DNA of 64,000 nucleotides from the NCBI GenBank assembly GCA_963764165.1, contig CAVXRD010000003.1, forward strand, positions 1 through 64,000, in the 5' to 3' direction. Shown piece after piece: positions 36,372-47,223 of this stretch (its first letter is position 1; each line of letters begins with the position of its first letter). The notes beneath the pieces were generated by a model, which saw only the letters and a list, made by a program, of their open reading frames with translations, made no database searches and was not told where the DNA came from. A program made the position numbers and the translations under genes. This DNA is from an uncultured Verrucomicrobiae bacterium. GTDB lineage: Bacteria; Verrucomicrobiota; Verrucomicrobiia; Limisphaerales; Palsa-1400.

Positions 36372-36399
36372 TGTCGGTTTTCCCCAGGGCGAGTCCATT
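36372..36399 (+). promoter_or_regulatory. Candidate ECF promoter, copy 2
   Basis: TGTC-N17-GTCCATT within TTCCTGTCGGTTTTCCCCAGGGCGAGTCCATT, about 30 nt before ATG 36428. Confidence 0.65.
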
Positions 36400-36427
36400 C
36401 ATTGGCGAAGGTTGAATTTATCAAACT

Positions 36428-37972
36428 ATGAAAAATCATTCTAAGACATTACTTCTGCTAGCCGCTGGATTCGGCGCGTTGCTCGTCGACTCGATGAAAG
36501 CCCAAACATTCACAACCCTCCATAGCTTCACGGCGCCGGGTGGTTTTACGCATACCAATCGCGATGGCGCGAATCCGATGGCCGGATTGACGTTGTCGGG
36601 CGGCACTCTCTACGGGACAGCGGCGACTGCCGGGCCGGGAGACTACGGGACGGTTTTCGCAATCCACACCGACGGCACGGATTTTACGACGCTCCTAAGC
36701 TTTACCAACAACGGCTACGCCGGTTATCCAATGGGCGGAGTTATTTTGTCGGGAACCACGCTTTATGGTTCGATGAATCAAGGCGGTCTTTACTCAAAAG
36801 GAGGAGGAGTATTTTCCATCAACACCGATGGCACCGGTTTCACAAACCTGTTTACTCCGGACTTGGGTGGTTTTGATTCCCAGGGCTTCTATTGCAACAC
36901 CGAAGGGGCTGGTCCGCTGGGCTTGATCCTGTCCGGCAATGCGCTTTATGGAACCACAATCACCGGCGGAGAGGCTGGTTATGGGACGGTGTTCTCCCTC
37001 AACACCGATGGCTCGGATTTTACCAATTCGCATGTTTTTGCGGAAGGCGCGGCGGATTCATCAGGCTTGACGATCAACAGCGATGGCTTGTGGCCGCAAT
37101 CAGGGTTGATTTTGTCAGGCAACACTTTGTTTGGAACCACAGAACTTGGCGGCGCCGATGGTTTTGGCACTGTGTTCGCGATTAACATTGATGGAACGGG
37201 CTTTACAACGCTTTATACTTTCACCAACGGAAGCGACGGAAGTTTCCCCTATGGCGCATTGACCATCGCGGGCGGCACTTTGTATGGGACCGCGTCCGAG
37301 GGCGGAGATTCAGGCTGGGGCACTGTATTTGCCATCAATACCAATGGCACAGGCTTCGCCACTCTTCACAGCTTCTCGGCAATCCCTGGTCCCTTCAGTG
37401 GCTACTATGGCGGCACCAATGCTGACGGGGCGATTCCTTATGCTGGATTGGCAGTGTCAGGAAGCACTCTTTATGGAACGGCATTTGAAGGAGGCGCATC
37501 GGGCTACGGGACAGTATTCGCACTCCACACCGACGGCACGGGTTTTACGACTCTCTATAACTTCTCAAAAACCCATCCTGCCGGGGGAGGGTCGTCCCTT
37601 CCTGCAACAAACGATGACGGTGCGAATCCGTATTCCGGGTTGACGTTATCAGGCAGCACGCTGTATGGGACGGCGGAATTTGGCGGCGGCTCGGGTTATG
37701 GCACCGTATTCAGCCTCTCGCTGCCGGTGCCGCCGCAACCGGGAATATCTTCTTCCTCGGGATACATTACTTTGAAGTGGCCCACCAATGCCGTCGTGTT
37801 CACTGCCTCGCCGGCCAAGGGCGCGACTTACACGCTGCAAGTTTGCAGCAATTTGGGGAACCCTGTCTGGAGTTCGCTCCAAAACCTCACGGTTTCAAAT
37901 GGAGCATTCCACTTCACCGAGCCGCTGCAAACGAACAGCACCGGGCGATTCTACCGCATCAGCGCGCAATAG
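36428..37972 (+). CDS. Secreted GloVer-like tandem-repeat protein with C-terminal FYR domain
   Basis: Repeats DGANP-x-GL-x-LSG-x-TLYGT...GYGTVF-x-INTDGTGFTTL, and a signal peptide. Confidence 0.88.
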   Translation: MKNHSKTLLLLAAGFGALLVDSMKAQTFTTLHSFTAPGGFTHTNRDGANPMAGLTLSGGTLYGTAATAGPGDYGTVFAIHTDGTDFTTLLSFTNNGYAGYPMGGVILSGTTLYGSMNQGGLYSKGGGVFSINTDGTGFTNLFTPDLGGFDSQGFYCNTEGAGPLGLILSGNALYGTTITGGEAGYGTVFSLNTDGSDFTNSHVFAEGAADSSGLTINSDGLWPQSGLILSGNTLFGTTELGGADGFGTVFAINIDGTGFTTLYTFTNGSDGSFPYGALTIAGGTLYGTASEGGDSGWGTVFAINTNGTGFATLHSFSAIPGPFSGYYGGTNADGAIPYAGLAVSGSTLYGTAFEGGASGYGTVFALHTDGTGFTTLYNFSKTHPAGGGSSLPATNDDGANPYSGLTLSGSTLYGTAEFGGGSGYGTVFSLSLPVPPQPGISSSSGYITLKWPTNAVVFTASPAKGATYTLQVCSNLGNPVWSSLQNLTVSNGAFHFTEPLQTNSTGRFYRISAQ

Positions 37973-37997
37973 CGCGGCAGCGCAACGCCGCAAAAGC

Positions 37998-38042
37998 CAA
38001 TGCGCAGCCGTGCCGATCTGGCATGGCCGCGCATTGTGTTTT
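37998..38042. terminator. Long hairpin between convergent genes
   Basis: CAATGCGC-A-GCCGTGCC-GATCT-GGCATGGC-C-GCGCATTG followed by TGTTTT. Confidence 0.55.
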
Positions 38043-38074
38043 GTGACTGAGTTCTCCCTCGCGGCGCGGTCGTG

Positions 38075-38887
38075 TCATCGCGGCCCGTTTGCCCGTTCCG
38101 CTGTTCCATTGACACAATCCGCCCAATGACTAAGAAAGAATTTCTTCTCCGAAGGAACGAAGTCCTTCGATGTGCCGAGAAGTGGGCGCAAGGTCGTGGT
38201 CATTTGCAGGGAGACCAGCATAAAAATCAAAATCCACACGTTCAATCCACCGCGCGACTTTGCTTCCGAATGCGAATAGCCAGCAACAATGAACCGCACG
38301 CCAAACAGTGTCGCGACAAACCAGAACGCCAGATGCAACGCGCCCATCCACACGATGGAGGAGGTGGACTGGGAAAAAATCCAAGCCACCGGCGCGAACC
38401 CGATAAGCAAAATGGTCATCAGCATGAGCAAGCCGGTCAACAATCCCGCCACTTCGACAAGGCGCGCTTTTGAGCCGCTCAAGCAAGTAAAGATATACAG
38501 GCTCGGCAGGCAGATGGCCCCCGAGATAAAGAGCCCGGCGGCGATTTTGACCGGCGCGGCCCATAGCTGGACTCCGCCTGAAAACGTTCCCACCACCACG
38601 CCATACACCACCAGGCAGGCCAGCGTGGCCATGACCATTCCCGGAATGACGCGCCTGCCGTCTGGCTGGCGCAGGTGGAAGAGCAATTGGCGCGGATGCC
38701 GCAGCATCGCGTCTATGGCGGCGAACACATGCGGGATCGGCGCGCGGTCCGCCGGATCGTCGCCCAAAGGCGCCTCCTTGGCGGCTCGCGCCAGCGCGGC
38801 GGCGCTCAACTGGCTTGGCGGCGGGATTGACTCCGGAGAACTTCCGAAGGGTGGCATGGGCGGCGGGACGGGGCTGTTTTCATTCAT
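38075..38887 (-). CDS. Five-TM membrane protein (Yip1-like), paralog 2
   Basis: Hydrophobic helices, ICLPSLYIF and QMTTTLRPLLG. Confidence 0.75.
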   Translation of the reverse strand: MNENSPVPPPMPPFGSSPESIPPPSQLSAAALARAAKEAPLGDDPADRAPIPHVFAAIDAMLRHPRQLLFHLRQPDGRRVIPGMVMATLACLVVYGVVVGTFSGGVQLWAAPVKIAAGLFISGAICLPSLYIFTCLSGSKARLVEVAGLLTGLLMLMTILLIGFAPVAWIFSQSTSSIVWMGALHLAFWFVATLFGVRFIVAGYSHSEAKSRGGLNVWILIFMLVSLQMTTTLRPLLGTSKDFVPSEKKFFLSHWADCVNGTAERANGPR

Positions 38888-38906
38888 AGTCAGATTTCGT
38901 TTGAAT

Positions 38907-39626
38907 TTACAATTTGTGAAGCAGTGCGAGGAAAGTTTCGTAAACGGTTTCGTAAAAATTCCCGTGGAACGCGTTGGCGCGAAGAAATTCCACCGGCAGA
39001 TTCGGCGATCCTATAAACGGACGCATGATCCAGGAAAGCTGGCTGCCAAGGAACAGGTTGGAGGCGAGCCACGCCGCCAGCACGCGCAAGCCCGCCTTGC
39101 GGCCACGCCCCAGCCGCACAAGCAGTTGAAAGAGGCGGGCGTTGCCGGCCGATCCGGCGAAGGCGATGATGAATACGTGCGCCAGCAGAAGGGCGTCATA
39201 TGCGAGTTGGGCGCTTCGGGCGCCGGACATCGGCGGGCTGTTCCAAACCATGAACGCCACCAGCGGGCTGAACGCTCCAAGAATCGCCGCGGTGACGGCG
39301 AAGCTCATCAGGATGGCGGAGAAGGACTGGCGAAATGAAATGTTCACGCCGAGCAGCGGCGCGAGCATGCCGTTGATGAGCGCATTGCCCCCGGCTGTCA
39401 ACAGCATGATCAGCGGGAACTTCAGCGCCACGCAAAACGCCTGCTGAGGGCTCCGCCACCAGCCCATCGCCGCGCCATAGAGCCCGGCCCCGAGGGCAAT
39501 GAAGCCAATTTGACTTGTGAATCGTCTCGCCTCCCACCGCTGGCTCCAGGCGGAAAGCTGTTCAATTTCGCCCCGCAATAAAGCAGGCAATTCGCTCGCA
39601 TCTGGACTGTAAGACAATCGATTCAC
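38907..39626 (-). CDS. Five-TM membrane protein (Yip1-like), paralog 1
   Basis: Hydrophobic helices, LYGAAMG, ALKFPL, QLSWIMRPFIG and GNFYE. Confidence 0.75.
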   Translation of the reverse strand: MNRLSYSPDASELPALLRGEIEQLSAWSQRWEARRFTSQIGFIALGAGLYGAAMGWWRSPQQAFCVALKFPLIMLLTAGGNALINGMLAPLLGVNISFRQSFSAILMSFAVTAAILGAFSPLVAFMVWNSPPMSGARSAQLAYDALLLAHVFIIAFAGSAGNARLFQLLVRLGRGRKAGLRVLAAWLASNLFLGSQLSWIMRPFIGSPNLPVEFLRANAFHGNFYETVYETFLALLHKL

Positions 39627-39756
39627 TGCGATCTCGCGTAGCGTTCGGATGCATTCCAGCCGTCACGCTTTGCGCCACAAAGCAAGAGACCGCGCCGCCG
39701 GTAAAATGTTCAAAAAGCGGTCGAGGAATCTTTCAATCTTCCGCGTCTTGATAACG

Positions 39757-39786
39757 AAAAAAGGCTGGCCCTCGCAGGAGCCAGCC
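39757..39786 (-). terminator. Rho-independent terminator
   Basis: Minus strand GGCTGGC-TCCTGCGAGG-GCCAGCC followed by TTTTTT, downstream of the stop at 39810. Confidence 0.75.
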
Positions 39787-39809
39787 ACATTCAAGTCTCT
39801 TTTGGCATT

Positions 39810-41243
39810 TTACCTCGGCGGTGAATTCGTCGAGGCGCCGCCTGTCGGTTTCTTGGCGGGCGCCGCTCCAGAATGCTGGGCACCGGGCGCGGGCGTTCCG
39901 GGATGCACTGCTCCAGGGGCGGGCGCTCCAGGATGCGCGCCAGGCGGTGTCGCCGCTGGATGAGCGGCAGGCGGCGCCGTGGTCCCGGGATGCGCTGTGG
40001 CGGGATGGGCCGCGTTTTCCGCCGTCGTGTGCGTATTCGCGTTGGCCGTGTTCTTGACGTTCGCTTCGTTCTTGAGATTGGTCTCGTTGCGAGTGTTGCT
40101 GACGTTTTTCGTGTCATTCACGTTTTTGACGTTGCTCACGTTTTTCACGTTGCTGACGTTGTTGACGTTGGAGACATTCTTCACGGTGGTGACGTTATTG
40201 CGGATGGTCACGTTTTTCACGTTTGTTACATTCTTGACCACGGTGGTGTGCTCGATCACGACTTGCTTGTTGATCGAAACTACCTCCACCGGGTGGCCGA
40301 TGCGGACGGCAATATCCTGGCGTCCGAAACCTTCGACTACGAAACGGCCTCCTTCCACGTGATACGAGTTCTGAATGACGCTCGCGCCGAACACAATATC
40401 CACACGCGCCGCCGGGAACATGACCACGCCGTAGTCAGGAGCAAAAATGTGGTCAAAGCCCACGAACGTGAAGGCGTTGGCGCGTAGGCCAAAGTCGAAA
40501 TCCGCCGCGATGGCCACTCCGCCGATGGAGATGCCGACCCCGGCCACGAACTCAGCTTGCGGGGGCAGGGGAGCCCAGCCGTAGGCGCCTTCACCGCGGC
40601 GCCAGGCCACCCACGAAGGACCCCAGTTGTAACCCGGCACCCAGATCCATCCGTTCACCGGGTCCAATGTCCAGCGTCCATAATGGAAAACGACCGCACC
40701 CCAAGGATCATCAGCCTGCCAGTACCAACCGGCATCGGTCATCACCCAATGGCCGCCCTGGCAATAGGGCCGCCAGTTTGGGTCGCTGATGGCGACTCCC
40801 GGCTTCCACGCGGCGCCGTAACCGGGCACGTCAACCCAGGTTCCATAAGGCCCGAGCTGGGTTTGAAAATACGCGAGGTTGATATCGGGAGCTGGCGCAG
40901 CCGATGCGTCCGGAGGCGGCGGAGCGGGCGTTGGCGGCGGATCCTGTGGGGCGGGGGCGGGAGCGGGGCCGCCTCCCAAGGACTGCATCAGATCCAGCAC
41001 CTTCGGCGTGACGCCTTGGGTGTTCAGATAAATGATGTCATCCGGGCTAAGGTGGTAGGCGATGCCGCTGGCCTTGATGAAATTGATGACATTGTCCTCG
41101 GGCACATGGGCGGCCGACAGCTTGCCCACATCCATTACTCCCGGTGACAGGCTCTGGGCCAGAACAGCGGTGCCCGACAGCAGCACTGCAATCCCAGCCG
41201 ACAGAACAGATTTCCTAAAACTTTCCTTCATATTCTTTCTCAT
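39810..41243 (-). CDS. DUF6600-like secreted protein with xNV and PAPGA repeat tail
   Basis: [46 protein letters not shown] and a signal peptide. Start 41243 or 41231. Confidence 0.85.
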   Translation of the reverse strand: MRKNMKESFRKSVLSAGIAVLLSGTAVLAQSLSPGVMDVGKLSAAHVPEDNVINFIKASGIAYHLSPDDIIYLNTQGVTPKVLDLMQSLGGGPAPAPAPQDPPPTPAPPPPDASAAPAPDINLAYFQTQLGPYGTWVDVPGYGAAWKPGVAISDPNWRPYCQGGHWVMTDAGWYWQADDPWGAVVFHYGRWTLDPVNGWIWVPGYNWGPSWVAWRRGEGAYGWAPLPPQAEFVAGVGISIGGVAIAADFDFGLRANAFTFVGFDHIFAPDYGVVMFPAARVDIVFGASVIQNSYHVEGGRFVVEGFGRQDIAVRIGHPVEVVSINKQVVIEHTTVVKNVTNVKNVTIRNNVTTVKNVSNVNNVSNVKNVSNVKNVNDTKNVSNTRNETNLKNEANVKNTANANTHTTAENAAHPATAHPGTTAPPAAHPAATPPGAHPGAPAPGAVHPGTPAPGAQHSGAAPAKKPTGGASTNSPPR

Positions 41244-41732
41244 ATTCAAACTTCTATACGTTTGACTCGCATGATTCTTGCAAGTCAGCGCATTTGCTTA
41301 ACTTCCGCAGTAGAGTTAGCGAACCCATGGAATTGACGGGCCAAATGGCTCAATTCAGTGTCAATGTCCTCTTGCTTCCGGGTTTGACGAACAGGGTGGC
41401 CCTTCGATCAGCGGCGTGTCCCGCTGCCGACACCATGCGCTTAAAATGGCAAAAGCGCCACACAAAAATTGCTTTTCCGCCGACTCTTTTTGGCGAGCGG
41501 CTCGGCGACGAATCCCAACCGGCGTCTTGGATGGCATAATGCGCGCCGCAAAATAAGCTGCCGCACCCGCCGCAGCGTTGTCAATTAAGCACTTAGTCAG
41601 TCACACATTTGCGGCGGCCTGGCGGTAAATCATCTAAGCCCCAAAACATCTGTCCGATGTGCAATATGCACTGCTTGGGTTTGAAGAACTTATGACTTTA
41701 CTTTCGAGAGAAAACTCGTCCAGACTAAATCA

Positions 41733-44700
41733 ATGTGGTTGGACTTTGAACGGAATCCGGTCAAGGCCAAAAGTCGATGGGCCAGGGCCATTGGAACCGC
41801 TCTCTCCATTGCGTCAATTATATTATCTGCCACTATTCCCGGTTACGCCCAGAATGGAAGGATTTTAGGCGGCCACGTTCCGGCGACTTTGCTTTCTGCG
41901 CCAACGGACGGCTTGCATCGACCAATCAACTCCATTTGGCAATTGGATTGCCGCTCCGAAACCAGACGGACCTTGCTAAGTTTCTTAAGGACTTGTATGA
42001 TCCGACGAGCAGCCATTTTCATCGTTACCTGTCTCCCGGGCGCTTCGCGGAGAAATACGGGCCTTCCGCGGAGGACTATGAAAAGGTGACCTCGTTCGCC
42101 CGCTCCCGCGGATTCATCATAACCGGGACCCACGCCGGACGCATGGTGGTGGAGGCGACGGCAACCGTGGCCGAAATTGAAAACGCATTTCAAATTCGGA
42201 TGTCTGTCTATCCGCACCCGACGGAGAAACGGACATTCTACGCGCCCGAAAACGAACCGTCGGTCCCGGTGGACGTGCCGATTCTTGACATGACGGGGTT
42301 GGACAATTTGAATGAATCGCGGCCCCTTATCTCAAAAGTGACCAGCATCGAGAAGGGGGCGGATGCGCCAGTGCCGGAGGGGTATGGCTCCGGGCCGCAG
42401 GGCACGTACACCAGCCCTGACTTGCGCGGGGCCTACGCGCCAGATGTTCCGATGGAGGGTTCCGGCCAGCGCGTAGCATTGCTTGAATTTGACGCGTGCT
42501 ATCCCGGAGACGTTTCGCACTACGAGCGGGTGACGGGGTTGCCGCACGTCCCGCTGGCAACAGTTTTGGTGAACGGCGCAACGGGCCAGCCGGGGCCCGA
42601 CAACGGGGAGCCCGCCTTGGACGCAGAATTGGCTATCGCGATGGCGTCCGGGCTTTCGGAAATTATACTCTACGAAGCGCCGCCCTTGGTTTCGAGCTAC
42701 GTCAGTGTTCTCATGCGCATGGCGGACGACGATTCCGCCCAGCAGCTTAGTTCGTCCTGGAACCCCCCGAGCGGGCCGAATCAAACAGTGGATCAGATCT
42801 TTCGGCAGATGGCGGCGCAGGGGCAATCGTTCTTTCAAGCCTCTGGCGACGATGGCGCTTACACAAACGGCGTCAAACAGTCCGCGGGCAATCCGAACGT
42901 TACCATCGTGGGCGGCACGAGTCTGGATTATGACAGTTATTGGGGCTATGGCTCGGAATCGGTCTGGTCGGGCAGTTCGAGCAATGCCAGCGGCGGAGGG
43001 GTCTCCACCATCTACTCGATTCCTTCATGGCAGATGGGCATCGACATGAGCGCCAATGGCGGTTCGACGAAGTGGCGAAACGCTCCCGACGTCGCCATGA
43101 TTGCGGGCGGAGTTTTTGCCTGCATCGACAATGGCAAGGAGGCGACGGTCGAAGGAACGAGCGTCGCTTCTCCATTGTGGGCGGCATTCACCGCGCTTGC
43201 GAACCAGGAAGCGGAATTCTATGGAGTTCCCCCGGTTGGATTCTTGAATCCGGCACTTTACACCATTGGCAAAAGCCCAACTTATTACTCGTATTTTCAT
43301 GACGTCACCGCGGGCGACAACACGACCATCCGCAGCCCCAGCCGCTATTATGCCACTGCGGGCTACGACCTTTGCACGGGCTGGGGCTCTCCAAACGGAC
43401 AAGCTCTTATTGACGCCTTAATCTCCGATTTTTTATCGCCAAGCCTTTCGGTCACAGCAGGGCTGACCTTCAGCGGACCTGTTGGTGGCCCGTTTGGAAC
43501 CAGCCAGGCGCTTACGATGACAAACGAAGGGTGGAACGGATTGGCTTGGCAGATTGGGCGTGTCCCTGATTGGCTGAATGTTTCCACCCTCGGCGGCTAC
43601 CTGGATCCCGGGGCTCAGATCACACTGTCGTTCGGCTTGAGCGGGCTGGCAACGAATCTTGGAGCCGGGGATTATATGGCGACGCTTTACATTACGAGCT
43701 CCATCGATCCGACACCGCAGCCGCTCAATATCGAGGCCCAAATCACGAACGTCGGTTTTGGCGCGCTGGAGGTGAACATTGGGCCATCCAATGCGGTTCA
43801 AGAGGGCGCGCAGTGGAGCGTGGACGGCGGTCCGTGGCAGACCAGCGGGAAAATAATCGCCGGCCTAAACGCAGGATCACACACGGTCACTTTCACCGGA
43901 GTCACCAATTGGGCGCCGCCGCCCGCCACAACCGTGACTGTCGCAGCCAACCAGACGAACATTTTTGCCCTTAATTACACCGAAGAATCGGGATCGCTGA
44001 CCGTTCTCCTGCGTCCCGAGCAGTTTGTGGGTGGCGCTCTGTGGAGTGTGGACGGCGGACCTTGGACAAATAGCGGCGCAACGATTTCAGGCTTAACGCC
44101 GACGAATCACACCGTCAGTTATTCCACTTTAACGGGCTGGGTTGCCCCTTCGAATATGGCCGTGGTGATCACCGGGGCTCAAACAAACACTGTCGTTGCG
44201 GCCTACAATGAGGCATACCAGTTTTCCTTGATTGCGGGACAATCGGGAAAAAGTGGAAGCGCGGATGGCGCGGCCTCAAAGAGCTTATTCTCGTCTCCGC
44301 AGGGGATCGCGGCCGGGAGCAGTGGAAGCCTTTTTGTTGCGGACACGAGCAATCACGTTATCCGTGAGATCACTCTCCAAGGCGGCAATTGGGTTGTCTC
44401 GACCATCGCGGGTTTGGCCGGCAAGTCGGGGTATGTTGATGGGACGAATAGCGCCGCGCGTTTCTCGTCTCCTGTTGGAGTCGCAGCCGACAGCAATGGC
44501 AATGTTTATGTGACTGACTATGGGAATTCCGCGATCAGGGAACTTGCTCCGTCAGGGACGAACTGGATTGTCTCCACCATCTATAATGCCATTCCTTCTC
44601 CTCAAGGCATAGCAGTTGACGGCAGCGGCAATTTCTGGTCGACCGGGGTGGTCGCTTACGTTTTGTTATACAGTTCTACTAATTCCAATGGTGCCTGGGA

Positions 44701-47158
44701 TACGCGCCAAGAGGCTGGTTTTGGGGACGACTTGTTTGGCGTCGCGCCCGGCATAGCCGTTTTGCCGAACGGGCTGCTCTACACAGTATTCAACAATACG
44801 GTGATGCACATGATCCCGAGTCCTTCTGACTGGGGAGGGGGTGCCGGCGTGGCTGGCGCCAGCGCTGCCGGCTTCGCGGATGGCGACGCATCTGTCGCCT
44901 TGTTTTCGTCTCCGCAAGGGATCACAGCCGATGCCGCCGGAAATGTCTATGTGGCTGACACAGGCAATGACATCATTCGCAAAATGGCGCCTGTCGGAAG
45001 CAACTACGGGGCGACCGTTCCTGACTATACGGTTGCCACCATCGGTGGCTTGCCGGGCGTCGCGGGAACCAATGACGGCGCCAACTCACACGCTTTGTTC
45101 AAGCACCCAGCGGGTGTGGCTGTGGATGCGAGCGGGAATTTGTTTATCGCCGATACTGGCAATAACACCATCCGGGTGGGTACTGGCTACTTGCGCCAAT
45201 TGGACGTTCTTGTTTCGCCGGCCGATACCAATTTGCAGTCGATGCAATTTCAAGTGGACGGAGGAGAGGCTTGCACCTACGGAACGACAGTTTTGGTGAC
45301 GCCCGGTGCGCACACCATTTCGTTCCAGCAGTCGCCATATTGGATCTGCCCGTCGAATATAACCATCACCGTCGAGAGCAACCAACCTTTCGCGCTTGCC
45401 ACCAACGTGGTCGTAACAGCCTCCTACACCCAGCTATTCGGCTCGATCGAGGTTACCCTTGGTCCTGCAATAGCGCTTGAAGCAGGCGCGGCTTGGCAGC
45501 TTGATGGGGGCATTTGGGAAAGCAGCGGCGCGAGGCTCTTAGGCATTCCATATGGCCAGCACACATTGAGTTTTTCGACTGTTGATTGGTGGCAGAGTCC
45601 TTCCGATTATACGTTCAGCATGGCAGCCGCCAGTAATTCCTTTCAGTTCGTCTTTGAGACCAACGATGCCACAGCTCCCAAAGGCTCTATCCTTTCCCCA
45701 AAGCCGAATCAGACGTGGACGAACCAAACGATCACCATCAGCGGAGTGGCGAGCGACAATGAGATCGTCGCCGCTGTTTACTACCAAATCAACGGCTCTG
45801 GGTGGAATCTGGCAATTGGCACGAACGCATGGAGTTCCGCGCCCATTTTCCTTCCGCCGGGCGAATACAAGGCCGAGGCTTATGCCGTGGATCCAAGCGG
45901 CAACGTCTCGCGGACCGTCACCAATAAATTTGTCAATTCGCCGCGCGCCCCCCTGAGCCTGGCGGTGAACGGAAGCGGAAAGATTGTCCCCAACTTGAAC
46001 GGCCAAACTCTGATCGTGGGCAAGAGTTACACCATTTCCGCCGTCCCCGGCGCGAACTGCGTCCTTGAAGATTGGAATGGAACTTTCTCCAGCAGCAATG
46101 CAACGCTGACCTTCACCATGGAGACGAACACGATTCTGGAGGCCGATTTCGCTCCAAGCCCCTACGGACCGTTCGCAGGCGTGTACGAGGGGTTGTTTTT
46201 AAACAGCCACAACGCAGGGTTGCCAAGTTCCGGCTTCTTTAGCGCCACGTTGATGAGCAACGGAAATTTCACCGCCAAAATTCAGATCGCTGGGAGCACG
46301 TTTCCAATTTCCGGCCGATTTCCCGCAAGCGGGATTGTTTCCAACGTCATCAGCCACCCGCTCGGCCCGATCACGGTGCAATTCTCCTTGCAGGAGGCGG
46401 ACGGTTCCATCAGAGGCCAGATCTCCACACCGGTTTGGAGCGCTGCCCTGATTGCCCCGCGCACTGGGTTTCCGACCGGCGACACGGCGCCGCAGGCAGG
46501 AGTTTACACATTGCGCCTTCCCGGCAACCCGACTTCCACCGGTTCGCCAGGCGGTGATGGATTTGGCACGGTGACAGTAAATCCCGAGGGCAAAGTTGTT
46601 TTTAGCGGGGAGCTGGGCGATGGCACGGTCATATCCCAAAGCGCGCTTCTCGGCACAAACGGTCTTTGGCCGTTTTATGCCAGCCTTTACTCCGGCCAGG
46701 GGGCGATCTTCGGATGGATGGGCTTCAGCAACATGCCAGAGAGTGACATTTCTGGTTCGTTCGCCTGGGTCAAGTGGCCGGCTGCCGGAGGCGCGCTGTA
46801 TCCTTATGGATTCTCGCTCACAAATTTGGCTGAAGGTTCTGCCTTCGCTTTCACCAATGGGACGCCGCTCCTGAATTTTTCCCAAGGGCAAGTCATGCTG
46901 GAGGGTGGTGGCATCAAATCCGCCTTCACCAATTTGATCATCCTCGGAGTCAACAATACGATTAGAAACCTAAGCCCCAACAGCCTGTCGTTGACCATTT
47001 CGAGCAAGTCAGGCGTCTTTCACGGCACCGCAAAGGATCCGGCCAGCCACAGGAGCATCCCTTTCGCTGGCGCGCTCTTGCAAAAGCAGAATGCAGGTTA
47101 TGGACTTTTTCTCGGCACAAGCGAGTCTGGTCGCGTTTCAATGGGCCCATTGCCTTAA
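41733..47158 (+). pseudogene. Frameshifted S53 protease with Ig/PEGA-like, NHL-repeat and C-terminal beta domains
   Basis: Signal peptide and GGHVPA lie in the 41733 frame; NGRLASTNQLHLAIGLP onward lies in the 41777 frame. Catalytic EPALD, ASGDDG and GTSVASP are intact. May be a sequencing error. Confidence 0.75.
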
Positions 47159-47223
47159 TGGGATCGGGGAGTCACGACTGGTTTAGATCTCGAGCACAGA
47201 TTTCGCAGCGCACGCGCCGTGCA

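Noticed and set aside
41294..41700. Riboswitch or ncRNA in the long intergenic region
   Set aside because: No recognisable conserved motif; a covariance-model search would be needed.
41886..41905. Programmed -1 ribosomal frameshift
   Set aside because: No X-XXY-YYZ heptamer or homopolymer run at the junction.
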